Source: the human T2T-CHM13v2.0 reference genome, Homo sapiens. From it: a stretch of DNA of 64,000 nt. Position 1 is the stretch's first letter, and every line of letters starts with the position of its first letter. The notes below the pieces were generated by a model. The model did not search any database and was not told the origin of the DNA. It saw only the letters and a program-made list of their open reading frames with translations. Positions 33,208 through 47,713 of the stretch are shown in pieces. The translations under genes and the position numbers were made by a program. The DNA lies in NCBI RefSeq assembly GCF_009914755.1, contig NC_060933.1; one strand, 5' to 3'.

Positions 33208-36200
33208 TAACAGCCCTGTGCTGTCTTCCTGAGGGGCAGAAGCTCAAGGACAGGTGCCTCTCAGGCCCTCAAGCCTCCCATCTCCCAGGGCTGTCTTCTT
33301 CTGTCTTCAAATTGGCAACCCAAATATGGCATGCCGCTCACTAAACAAAACTCCTCCGGGCATCCTCCCACAAGGACAGTCATATGTCCCAGACTTTTGC
33401 AGAACATCTGGAAGCCACAGGACAGCACCCTGCATGTCCCAGCCACCCTAAGAGTTGGCCAGCAGGCACCTGTCCCTAAAAGCCCTCCGCCGCTGCCTGG
33501 CCACAGAAACATTCTGGGCCACCTCTTCAGCTCATGGGCCCCTCTTGCCTTTCTCATGCCTGACACAGGATGTTCCACAAGTGGAAGAAGTTAGCTTCTC
33601 GTCTCACAATTTTACTTTTGAAACCATCTTTCCTCAACCAAAATAGCGCCTGGGGTTGTTTTGCAAAACAAAACAGTTTTCGGCCTCTGCTGACTGTAAA
33701 AAATAACTTCCTCCTGCCTGCTGTATAATCTACTCCTAAACCCACCCCAACATCACAAACGCACAAGAAAAACCTGAAAGGTTTGGCCATCAAATACACA
33801 CAAGGGCTCTCTGGCATGTAGAACCGTAGCTGCCCCGAAGCCACTTCCAGCTGGACCCGAGGGAGGCACGGCCATAGTCCAGCAGGTGTGGCCCCCAGGC
33901 CTGGAGGACGGAGTCTGTCCCACATGGCCAACAGCAGATGGGCCCAGGTCCCCCTGCCCATCACAAGAGACGAGGCATAAAACCGTAATGCTAATGTATT
34001 TGTTTACGGTGAGGTACAGGCTCCAAAATGACAGGTTCTACCTGTTTTCTGTCCTGAGCAAAGACAGGTGTGGACGGGAGAGAAAGAATACATATTCTAT
34101 TTTTCTTTTTACTCAGAAACTAATTCCTCAGGATAGTCTCCTGATACTGTTGCCCCCACTATCCTCACTATCCCCTGAAACCCCTGTTTCAGAGCAGGGC
34201 TGCCTTCTGCCCTCCCCTCCTGGGGGCTGGGCGCGAGTTGTTAGAGCAATGCAGGAGGTGGGCAGTTCAGGGCAGCTTTGGATGCCTCAGGTCCCACAGG
34301 AGCAAATAAACCCTGGACTTCTTGATGCCGTCACAGCCTGGCAGCACCTGCTTGTCCAGCAGACCAGCCACCGCTCCCCGATTCACCATGCCTCAGCCAC
34401 GTGGGCCAACATTCCCTTCCACTGAAGGCACCTGTGAGACTACAGGGACCACCAGCCACAATATCAAGCCCTCCTCCTCCTGCCCCATCACCCCTAGCCA
34501 CCCAGGCTCAGGAAGATGCCCTTCAGAGCACCATGCTCAGCCGCCCGCTCATGAGAGTGCAGGCCAGCCCCCTCGCCCATCTCACTCACACCATTTCCAG
34601 AAATGCCAGCACGGCCTTCTGAATAAGAGTGAGGCAAAATTCAAACCACGTTTAAATTGTTTGAGGATCACATCCACCACCAGTTAGCATGGGTGAAGAG
34701 TCCGTGGAGAGGGTACTGCAGGGCTTCCGTGGAAGCAACTGTATTTTTACACAGCCGTAGTGCTCGGCTCACCAGGTTCGGCTCACAGCCCCCGATACCT
34801 GGCTGTGTCCAGCAGAGGGGAAGTCTCCTGGGAAGAGGCCTTTGAGAGGTTTATACACATGTGCGATGTGGGCCAGCGGGCGGCCCCGGGAGCCAGCAAA
34901 GGTCAGACATTTGTCCTTCCAGACACAGCTCCCGCGAGGTAGAACACGGCACCAAGATGCAGCGTGGACCCCACGACCACCATTGGGGTACCCAGGCGCC
35001 CAGAGAACACATGCCACGCGGCAGCGTTTGTACCACGGAGGGCAATGCAAACAGCTGACACCTGGCAGCGCTCCAGAACTGCCGCTGGGGCGTTTTGCTT
35101 CTGAAAAAACCACCCTCCTGTATCCTCTGTTCACACAATTCCCTCCGCCCCAGGGCTCCCCTCCCGCTGCAACGGCTGCATCCTGCACACCCCTTTGCAC
35201 TCCTCTCTCATACCAGGACACTGGGGGGCAGTCATCCGACACACCACACAACTCCGTCCTCTGCTCCAGCTTCCGCTCAGCGGAGAATGGCTCCCTTATC
35301 TGATGGTTCCAGGATGCTCTGTGGCAACACTGAGTGTAAAGCAAACAAGGCCATCGGGTGCTGCAGCCTGCACACCAGCGTGGTCCTGGGCCACACACCG
35401 GGCAGCCGGAGAGAATCTCTGCAGCTCCCAGGCGGCAGGGTGCACAAATCACAGCCTTTCCTTGACCCCGCGAGCTGAGAGAGCAAAGTCACAGACAGAC
35501 TGTTTTAAGTGGATTCAGGGAAACACCCCCCACTGCTGTCCCCCCTCCCGCCCCAACGCACACATACATGCACACACAGCTTTGTTTCCTTGTCATTCCT
35601 CTCATTCCCTCAATAACCCCTGATAGGCTTCTAGGAATACTTCCTCTCTCAGCAAAGGAAAAGTGTATGGTTCTGTGTTACAAGATGATTGGGCTTTAAG
35701 CAAATGAAATTGAAGGCCTACAGCACTGGGGTAAACCTCCTCCAGGCAGCAGCAGGCATTGAAACAGTGCTCATTAGAGCTTAGGATTCTTCCTCCTTCT
35801 CACTACAGCATTTTAATTAACTGGAAACAATACCTCAAGGCAGTATTGCAATACCTTTGGACTGAAACATTAATAAACAGAGAAAATTTGCTTACAAAAT
35901 GGCAAGTTAGAGGAAATGGAGGCCGACTAATAAATAAATGAGCCAAAGTTCAAAGGCTGCAGGATGACTCACACGTGCCGTGCCTGCCTCGCAGCCAGGA
36001 CTTTCAAAAACAAAGGGGTGGTGGACGGATTCCACAAGAACGGCTGTTAAAGTCCACGAGGCTGACCCAGGCTGGGACTTCCTGGAAACTCCAAGGAGAG
36101 GAACTGCCCACAGAGCCAGGGACTCAGGACTGGCACAAGAAATGGCACAGCGCCTGTGCTGCACGTTTGCAAGTGACCTGCTCTTCTGACCGCAGAAGCG

Positions 36201-36384
36201 CCACTGAAGGTGGTCGGCTCGAGTCACCAGGCAACCTGGTATGATTCTCAGTGCACGGTCCGCCTTCAGAAGGCAAAGCTGGTTGTGTGGAAGAGAAACC
36301 AGAGTCCTGCTGAGGCTGGACAGAGTTTCTTCATCAAGATCATGAACTATTTTCAGATTCGTGTCCAAATGAAAGACAGAAAGG

Positions 36385-36710
36385 ATGTGTGAATGTTTTC
36401 ATGTGCACGTGTATGGTGGATGCATATGTGGTATGTGCAAGTATGTGCATACACATGCATGTGTGGTGTGTGACTGTGTTCATGTGTGCTAGTGCGTATG
36501 AGTGTGCATGTGTGGTGTGTGTGCATGGTGTGTGAGTGGGTGTGAGTATGCTTGTGTGCCTGTGAGTGAGTGCATGCGCAGTGTTTGTGTGCATGGTGTG
36601 TGAGTGGCTGTGTATGTACGTGTGAGCCTGTGAGTGGTGGGTGTGTGTGCATGGGTGGTGTGTTTGGGGTATGTGCACACACACACATGTCTTTGTGCAC
36701 ATACACTTAG
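36385..36710. repeat. Degenerate (TG)n/(TGCA)-rich simple repeat
   Basis: Alternating purine-pyrimidine tract TGTGTGCATGGTGTGTGAGT... Confidence 0.9.
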
Positions 36711-37339
36711 GACAACAGACCCGCACCCAGGGGCTCCTGAGGGTTAGGGTCACAAAAAGTCATCTTTAACTGAAGAAAGTATCATTTGAAGTGGATTTAT
36801 TTATGAGGGGAATGTCGAAAGCACATAAGGAAAGGATGTGTGTACGTGCACATAAGGATGCACACAGAGACAGACACGCATTGCTGGAGCAAGGCTTGTG
36901 AAGCCCTGTCTCTGCCTGGGAAGTTCAGACTGGTTTCATGTTTTGTTGAAAAACAGATGCTGCAAGTCCAATCCTCATGCACAGTGTGAGCAGACGGACC
37001 GGTGGAGGAGAGGGGCTGCCTCTGCTGCTGAAGCCGGATGGCCTCACTTGTCGGAGAGGCTTTCTGCCTCCTTTGCTTCCAACCTTTGTCTGCCAGAGTC
37101 TCAGCACTCCTGGTCAGTGGGGGCCCCAGCTCTGAGCTGTGTAGGCCTTGTGGTGTCACTGTGCCCCTTTGGGCAGATGACCTCAGCTCCACTGGCCATG
37201 CTGGAGGGATGCGGTGAGCCTAAGAATTGGAGACAAGCTGTGGTAATAAAAGGATGGGGCCTTCCCAGTGCGGGGGCAGGGGCCACAGGCTACTCGCTTG
37301 TGTTGCAGGACCCAGCGCAGGCCAGGTGTTTCATGCCAT

Positions 37340-37445
37340 TGCTCACACACACTCATGCACACACACATGCATACATACATCATGACACACACAAACATGC
37401 ATGCATTCACAGCACACACATGGATGCATTCACAACATACACATT
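37340..37445. repeat. Degenerate (CA)n/(CATG)-rich simple repeat
   Basis: CACACACACTCATGCACACACACATGCATACATAC... Confidence 0.88.
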
Positions 37446-38649
37446 CCAGTCCTCAGCAAGACCATACCAGTCCCACACCTCCCAACTCCAAGGACTTCCA
37501 CCTCATCCCATGCCTAGCCTTGCTGTCTGAGGAGGGGGCAGACCCCGGCCCCTCATCTTCTACTTGCTGACTTACAAGGTGCCTCCACCACTGTCTTCAG
37601 GGACTCCAGACTGGGCCACCCATTGGCATCCTGGTGCCTATAAGGACAGGCTGCCACTACTCAGGGCACCACCGCCCCCAAGAGAAGGGACAAGGCTGCT
37701 GGGGTCACACACCCCACCCTTCCCCATGGGGGCTTCCTGCCTGTGGTGTCAGCTTGCACACAGCCATTTCCTGGCCCCATTTCTTCTCCTCAGGACCAAA
37801 GAAGCATCCGCACTGCCCACTCCCCACGTGCTGTGGCAGTGCCTGCCCCATGCGGCCACGCTTGGGAAGTTGCTCCCGGTCAGAACAGATGGAGGTGGGG
37901 GTCCCTGCTCAGAAATAGCAGGGCTTCTTGAACATTCCACCTCATCCATGGCAAGCGTGCCTCAAAGCCGCCCCTCCCCTGTGATGAGCTCCTGCCTGAG
38001 GCTTGTCACAAAGCAAGATGCAGCGAGGACTGGGCTAAGCACCAGCCTGAAAATTTCACTCAGACCCCTCAAAATACCGGTAGGCCAGAGTTTGTGCTGC
38101 TATGAATGCACGATCACTTAAAATTAAACAGTTTTATCTCCATAATGAAAACAACATACTTGTAATGCCAACTGGAAGACCGAGAGGTCTTTTTTGCCGG
38201 CCTGGAGTTTCACCACAGAGCGATCCTACATATTCAAACATCATCATGTTGGCCTCCCACTGCCGCCTTCCGTAGACTGAATCGGCACTGAGTTACTCTA
38301 ATCATGCCTCATTTTGCTTCTTCACCCAGAAGCAAGATCTAAGAGCCTGCCTTCTGAACGCTGCTGTTCAAGTTTCACCCGCTGACTTCCCTGTCTATAT
38401 TTGCTCTCTGGTGCCCTCAGCCAGGCTCCCAGCTTGAAGGGGACTCCAGGCCAGCAATGGCCCACGGCGTAACTCTAGGCAGACCCTTCCCTTGAACCTC
38501 ATACTCATGTGCCCAAGGATCTCCTCAAAGCCTCCTCTGGATATCAAACATGTCCTCACGCCACCCACACCCAAGGTCAAACTCATGATGTCCATGGGTA
38601 CAAGAAGTCCCTTTCCTCCTCCTCCTTCTTTTTTGGCCAGGTCAGGTGA

Positions 38650-39836
<1,187 letters not shown>

Positions 39837-39844
39837 TGTCTGCG

Positions 39845-40235
39845 TTTACTTTTTTATTTTGAAACAGCTTTAGACTTACAGAAAGTTGCAAAAATAGTAG
39901 AGAGATTTCCTGCATAACCTATAGCCAACTTCCCTTACCATCGGCATCTTCCATAACATGGGGCAGTGATCAAAACCAAGAAACTAACTTTGGTAAAGTA
40001 CTATGAGCCAAACTCCAGACCCTACCCAAACCTCAGGTTGTCACACCAGTGTCCCTTGCTGCTCTGGGACCAGAGGGCCTGCAGTCACCCTCTCCTTGGC
40101 CTCCTTCTCCTGAACTGTTCCTGAGCCTGTCCTTAGCTGCTGTACCCTTGACTCTGGAAGAGAACTGGGCAGGTATTTTGTAGCTTGTCCCTTCGTGTGT
40201 GTTTATCTGATGATTTTCCCGAGTAGATGAGATTG
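39845..40235 (-). mobile_element. Old L1M 3' end fragment
   Basis: TTTTATTTTGAAACAGCTTTAGACTTACAGAAAGTTGCAAAAATAG start, typical of antisense L1MC/MD/ME tails. Confidence 0.7.
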
Positions 40236-40373
40236 TGGAGCAGAGAGAGGGTCGGTTTTGCTCATTTTTCCTTTTGCTTCAGCCAATTTCCTTTTCCTCC
40301 ATGGCCCCACCACTGAGTTTTTCTCTATTTAACCATCATGGAGTGTATTTGCATTAATTTTGATTTTTAAACG

Positions 40374-41010
40374 ATTGCATTGAAATACTATTGACCTTGA
40401 TGACTGAGTTTCTTGCACTCCCTCACCCCTCCATTAAACTTGACTCCCAAGGCAAGTGCCTCACTCATCTCACCCGAACCCCTGAGCTGATTGGTCAAGG
40501 CAAGGCCCCGGCCAGCCTGGATTTAAGGGGAGGGGGTGGGCTCCCTGTTGCCTACAGTGGTGGGAGGGGGTGTTGAAGGCCATGGCTGGAACAATCCCTC
40601 ACTCATCCCTTCCAGTTCTGCTTTCTGTCATGTCCAAAGATGTGGCAGCTCCCCTGCGATTCTCTCCTGCCCACTTTCCTTTCTTGAAATGCAGAAACAA
40701 TGCACTAGGTACAAATGAAAAAGAGAAGTCTCGCCAGTGAGGAGCTAGCTAGCCCTGAGGTTGCCTCCCCTCAGCAGGCTCGGGCTTCTGGGATCCAGCC
40801 ATGGCCTTCAACACCCCCTCCCACCACTGTAGGCAACAGGGAGCCCACCCCCTCCCCTTAAATCCAGGCTGGCCGGGGCCTTGCCTTGACCAATCAGCTC
40901 AGGGTTTCGGGTGAGATGAGTGAGGCACTTGCCTTGGGAGTCAAGTTTAATGGAGGGGTGAGGGAGTGCAAGAAACTCAGTCATCAAGGTCAATAGTATT
41001 TCAATGCAAT
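40374..41010. repeat. Inverted repeat: 217-bp arms (40374-40590, 40794-41010), 203-bp spacer
   Basis: Arms are reverse complements with a single mismatch (40479 C vs 40905 T); the same peptide appears in ORFs 40391+ and 40808-. Confidence 0.98.
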
Positions 41011-41732
41011 ATGTACTCGGGTAGAAAGGAAGAAAACACGCCAGCAGGCGGCTGCTGGGACGTTTTGTCCTCCCATGGTTTCTCTGAGAACGTTCTGTTC
41101 TACATCCTCTCCATCCATGCTCTGGAGTTATGGGAACAATAAAAGAAGAATTAAAATCTGGAAGCCAAGTGTGCCTGACTGCCAAAGGGGCTCCATATGG
41201 GAGAGGGGGGTATGCGGCCAAACCACTCCCGACTCCCGTGGCAGGACCGCACAGCCATCTGCAAACACCTGGGAAAAGCACGTGGGTGTTTTCCAGAGCC
41301 CCCCATAAGCTGCAAGAGCTGCTGCCCCTGCAGAGACATGACGCCAGCCTTCCGCACCCTCCCACACCGAGTCCCACAGCCGCTGCTCAGAACCCCTCCT
41401 GCCTACCCTTCTCTCTGGCTCCACTCCCAGCGCACCTTCCTCCCTTCCAGCCATGCCCCTGGTGGTTCCTAATGCCAATCACTTTCACTGCTTCTATCCC
41501 GCCATTCTCCAATCGGGCTGCAGCAGCCCCTTACAGGGCCTGGGACCTAAGTAGGCAAACCCAAACTTTCCTTAGAAGGCCGGAGAGCAAGAGGAAGTCA
41601 AGTACTGTAATAACTCACACTCCCTGCACACAGGAAGGATCAGGCTGAGCTCAGGCCCTCATGTGCATGCACCCACCTAGTCCTCACCACCAGCCTCCTT
41701 TTTGCAGGAGAAGAAACAGGCTCAGTGACCAG

Positions 41733-42225
41733 TGAAAAGGGAAAGAAACTTTTAGTCTATGGAATGCAAGCCCCCTTTAATTATCAGGCCCAGAGAGGTG
41801 CTGAAATATGTCCGTGTGTGACTGCAGTCACGCCTCACTCACCCCTTGAGCTAAGTAATTACTTCTTGAAGGCTCTTGCAGTGTGCACTCCAGACTGACG
41901 CCAAGGAGCCATAAAATGCCTTACGTTGGACACAATAATTCATACCCTAGAGCTTAACCGTGTACAGCCAATCACCAATGTTACTTCTATAAACCTATGA
42001 GAATTCCTCAGGAACAACTTTGTAATGGTCCCCCTCCTGATTCACTGTCTTTTAAAACACACACACACATACACACACACACACACATGTACTCGAGCCT
42101 TTCCTTTGTTTTCTGGTGCACTCCCCAAGGCAACTTGGAAGTGTGTCCCAGGCTGCAGTCCTCAACCGTGGCCCAAATAAACTCTCTAAATTAATTTGGC
42201 TTGAGTCTCTTTCTTTAGATGGACA
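41733..42225 (+). mobile_element. ERV1-class solo LTR (MER67-like) inserted in a MIR
   Basis: TG...CA termini, 4-bp TSD CCAG (41729-41732 and 42226-42229), CCAAT boxes, AATAAA near 42176, internal (CA)n. Confidence 0.8.
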
Positions 42226-44280
42226 CCAGCATAGCGCATGCTCATGTCCCATATACCATGTATCACAGCATGAGCTGCACCCCAGGACCAGTGAAGAGCA
42301 CTCTGCCTCCAGGACTGTGCTCTTAACCACCATACATCCTCCCACTCTGTGCCACTCCAGTGACGTCAGCTGAGCCAGGGATGCCCAAGGTCCACAATGG
42401 AAATGCCAAACAAGGCTGTCAAAGTGAGCCACGGCATCACTCTGAAGGGGAGCCAGGGATGCTGGGCAGAGCCCCTGGGCCAGGCCAAAAAGGAGAAGGC
42501 AGCGACCTTTGTGGTGTGAGTGGGGAACCCCAATCCTGCCTCCTGCAAACCCACCCTCCTCAGTCTGCAACTTTAAGTTCTTTGTACAGCAAGTTCTTTT
42601 AACAGGAACAAAGCCTTTTCTTTCTCAGCCTACCTTAGGATGAAAATGCAAATCCCTTAGCAGAGCCCTCCCCAAACTCTCCCTAAGCCAGCAGCGTGCA
42701 CCCCCTTCCCAGTTTCTCCCCTTGAGCTCCAGGGTTCTGCGTTGCAGTGCTTCCCACCTTAAATGTTTGGAAAGAATGATTTGCAGTGTTTGGGACACAT
42801 GTCTACTAAAGGTGACTCCGTGCTCATCTGAAATTCCAATGTACTGGGCCACCTGTGTTTTCATCTGCTAAGTCTGGCAACGGTGATTGCAGCCGTGTCT
42901 TCATATGTGGGCTCCCCACTAGGTTATCGGCCCATTTTTGTTTGTTTCTGCTTTTTATTTTGAAAAACGTCATACAGCAAAATTTCAATAGCAACATGAA
43001 CCCCTGTGTGCCCTTCACTAGATCCCAGAGTTGTAGTTGTTAATGCTTTGCCCTGTTCTCCTTCTCTCCTCCTCTTTCTCCCCCTCTCTCCCTCCCTCTA
43101 GGTCAATGACATTCCTGTGCTCACAGGAACCAGAGCTGGGAGTGGAACACTCCTCTCTCTGAATAGTATTCTTATGCATTCCTCTACACACTCTACGCCA
43201 TCACTGAAGTCAGCAGGTTACTCTAAATGTTGTGTAGCTGATATGATATTCTTAAGTTGGATTGGTCTTCCTGGGAGCAGGGGACAATAATCAGAATGCA
43301 TCAGCCCCCTCAGGTAGACCACAGCTGTTCAAGGATCACCCATGCCTGGAGCCTCCTACTCACAGAGGCTCCAACATGCCCTGCAGCTGCCAGGAATGCA
43401 GATTTGCTGGACCAGAATCCATGAGCACCTGAAAATTTAGCCCATTCGTGAGCTGAGGAGAGAATGAGAAGTCTAGAATTAGCTGTATGTGTCATCACAA
43501 GTTATCAATATATAGACTACAATTGTGGCCATCTCCGTGGTGGGAGGGCTGGCAAGAAAAATTAGGAAAGATTTGTATATTTTGTTTATTTTCATTTTCA
43601 GCCTATCTGCAAGGAGCTTCTACTGCTTGGGTAGGCTCTATGGGGCAGCTGACATTCTCTTTCTCCAAAAGCAAGAGAAAAACAAATAGAACATCAACAA
43701 TAACAAGGAAACAAGATGTATTTGTTTCTTCTTCCCTGAAAGGACAAGATAATCTTTTGGAAGCGTGTTCTGCCCTAGACAAGGCATTTGGGCTGCCCAG
43801 CTATGGAGGAAGATTGTTGCAAGGATTTAGAGTCAGTCTCAAGGGTCTCCAAGGTGCCCTGGAGACTGAAACAGTCCCAACCCAGTCCTGGGGGTACTCC
43901 TGAGGTCTTCTATGGGGCTTCTAGGTTTCCTAGTGTGCTTCTCTCTGCAAACAACTTCCTTCTCTGACTGGTGGCTTCTCTGCTCCCCCTGACCTGCCCA
44001 GAACCCTACAGACCAGCCAAGAAGGCTCTGCGTGGCCCCTCCATTCAAATGCCCATGGTGCCCAACTGATTCTCCCTGTCCAAGTTTCTATTGCCATTTC
44101 CTGGCAGAGAGAATCTGATGATCTCTGCTTGGGTACAAATCCATCCCTAGGGCAAGTCATTGATGGCCAGGGGGCAGACCCCAGGTAAGAGGAGGAACTT
44201 ATAGATGGGAAGAAGAGATAGGCATATAGACTTACCCAAAAGTTAATTAACTCCTTTGGACAAATATATTTAAAATCAGG

Positions 44281-44614
<334 letters not shown>

Positions 44615-44743
44615 TTACAAACATAATCACAAACATATTTTAAAATGTTAGGAGACTTCAGATGGTTTCTGGCACTTAGCACAGTGTCTGGAACATATTA
44701 GAAGTAGATGCTCAATTTTTTAATGAATAGCTCTGAGAAATTA

Positions 44744-45085
<342 letters not shown>

Positions 45086-45399
45086 TCAAATTATTCCCAG
45101 AGGCAGGTAAAAACTTATCTATCCTTGAGGATTCTTTTCCTCATGAACCTTAAGGTATTCCTCCAGGTCCAGGAGTGGAGAGACCACCTTTAGGTAAGGA
45201 TAACCACCCCTCAGTGACACAGTCTTCGAGTTTTAAGGTGACAAGTATGGAAGGATCTCAGTATCCTGTTTCACCCAATTAAAGTGCCTCTTTTAAAAGA
45301 TAATGTTATAAAATATCTCACCCACTCACAGTATCAGCAATAATACATTTGGAGTTTAAATCAGCCAGTGTCCTCCAACTGAGGATGAAATTACAATCA

Positions 45400-45630
45400 C
45401 ACACATTTATAAAGTGCTCCTCTATGATAGGCTCCGTTCTGAGCACTTTACATATTTTTCTTTATTTCACTTTTACAGTAACTCTGGGAGGGTTATTATC
45501 CTCTGTGATAGATGAGAACACTGAGGCACAAGTTGCTTAAGTAACGTCTCCAACGTCACTCAGCAGGTGAGTGGCAGAGATTCAAGTCCACGTGGCACAG
45601 CCCAGAGTTTTGCTTCAAACCACTGCACAA
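45400..45630 (-). mobile_element. MIR SINE
   Basis: GATGAGAACACTGAGGCACA...TTAAGTAAC...GTCACTCAGCAGGTGAGTGGCAGAG. Confidence 0.8.
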
Positions 45631-46327
45631 TTGACTCCACCATTAGCCTGGGGCTTTCACTTTCTACACGATGAAGATTATATATGGATAAGAAAGACTT
45701 CAGAAGAAAGAAACCAGATTGGTTTCCTTTACTTTAAAGTTCAAATCTAATTCATCAAAAGAAGGAAATGATATGCTAGTTTTCCTTTTTTTTTTTTTTT
45801 TTGCAACCTACTGCCATACTTAAATTTCAGTTTTGAGTCTCTTTAAAAACTTCACAAAAATCCCTCCATGCTTGATCGGTAATTTCTAGTTGTCTAATTG
45901 AGTGGAATGAGTAGACATGTTGCCAAAGAACATCAGCAACTTGTCACAAATCAAACCCACATATCCAAAAATCTAGTACGTTTCTACACTTGAGTCATCA
46001 GAGAGACAGGATGATGGCAGGCTTCTCTCGGTGCCTGAGGTCTGCCTTACAGCAGGAGTTGTGTTTTGTTGTACTTTTTTTTCCACTTCAAGAGCATAAG
46101 CAAGTGTGAGTTGTCCCATTGGCATTTCCAGTCTGTCACTGTGTGAAAGGTTATCCAATGGAGTTTCTGATGGAAATGCCAAAAACTTTTTCTGGGTTCT
46201 AAAGTTTCTTACTAGCAGGGGACACGTGTTCTCTGTGACATCCCTTCCTGGCTGTATTTATAGGCAATTCATTTAACATCTCTAAGCCTCAGAATCCCCA
46301 ACTCTATACTGCGGACAGTAATAACTA

Positions 46328-46805
46328 CAGTGGTCTTCCCTTATCCACAGGGGACACGTTCCAAGAACTTCGGTAGGTGCCTGAAACCGCGGATAGTACC
46401 AACCCCTACATAAAGCGCTCATCTGCACTGTGGCCATAACTTTTGCAGTTGGAGATGCAACAGCAAGAGCAGCATGACTTTGTTTTTCCTTCTTCACAAT
46501 TTCACAGGACGAAGATTTGTTCTTAAAAAGATCTTAGCAACTTCAGCATACAATACTTTACTTGGCTTACTATTGGAACTTTCATCTTTTCACTTAAAGG
46601 AAGCACTTTAAGGCTTTCTTTGGCATATATGAATTGCCATCATCACCACTCTTGCCGTTTGGGGCCATGATTAAATAAAATAAGGGTTTCTTGTGCACAA
46701 GCCCTGTAATACCATGACAACTGATCCAATTACCCAGCCAGCTGCTAAGCAACTAATGGGCAGGAGGCAGGGAGGTGCTGGACAAAGGGAGGATGCACAT
46801 CCCTG
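46328..46805 (-). mobile_element. MER44/Tigger7-type DNA transposon fragment
   Basis: TIR CAGTGGTCTTCCCTTATCCACAGGGG...GCCTGAAACCGCGGATAGTACC, the reverse of the MER44 right end. Confidence 0.8.
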
Positions 46806-47387
46806 CCCTCTGACTGTCAATCCCACGAGGGCAGGGGTCTTCTCTCTGCTGTCCTTCCAGCATCTAGCCCTTTGTGACCACTGAGTAAATATTTGACAAA
46901 TAAAGGAATGAGTGAGTAAATGATTTCTAAGACTCCTTTCAATTCTGAGTCAATGAGGCACCAGGCTACCCTTGTTTTACCCTAGAGAATGTGTCTTTTA
47001 AAAAGACAAAGATGTTCTTTTGGCACAACTAGGCAAGAACAAGAAATAAAAGAAAAACAAGAAGTAAAACTATATTCACAGATGATATGACTTTGTATAT
47101 AAAGGATTTTAAGTACTTCACAAAGTAATCTATTAGAGGCAATAAACAAAAGCTGAAGGAGCTCATCACTACAAGACCTGCCCCACAAGAAATGCTGAAG
47201 GCAATTCTTCAAGTTGAAATGCAAGGGTGCTAAACAATAACATGAAGGCATATGCAAATGTAAATTTGGTAAAGACAAATATGGAAACAAATACATAATA
47301 CCGTAATACTGTAATAAAAGCTTGTAAATCTCTTTTAACTCTAGTATAGAAGTTAAAAGACAAAAGTATTAAGAATAGCTATAATTA

Positions 47388-47713
<326 letters not shown>

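Noticed and set aside
34769-35452. 227-aa minus-strand ORF and other long ORFs at 33886-38121
   Set aside because: Overlapping ORFs in many frames of GC-rich DNA, no recognisable domain, Cys/Pro/Gly-biased composition; expected by chance.
36340-36753. His/Thr-rich ORFs
   Set aside because: Translations of the (TG)n/(CA)n simple repeat.
40391-41377. Same 61-aa peptide encoded on both strands
   Set aside because: A direct consequence of the inverted repeat; TTG start and no known homology.
46119-46182. 12-bp inverted repeat TTGGCATTTCCA/TGGAAATGCCAA with a 40-nt loop
   Set aside because: A stem this short is plausible by chance in 64 kb, and it does not extend.
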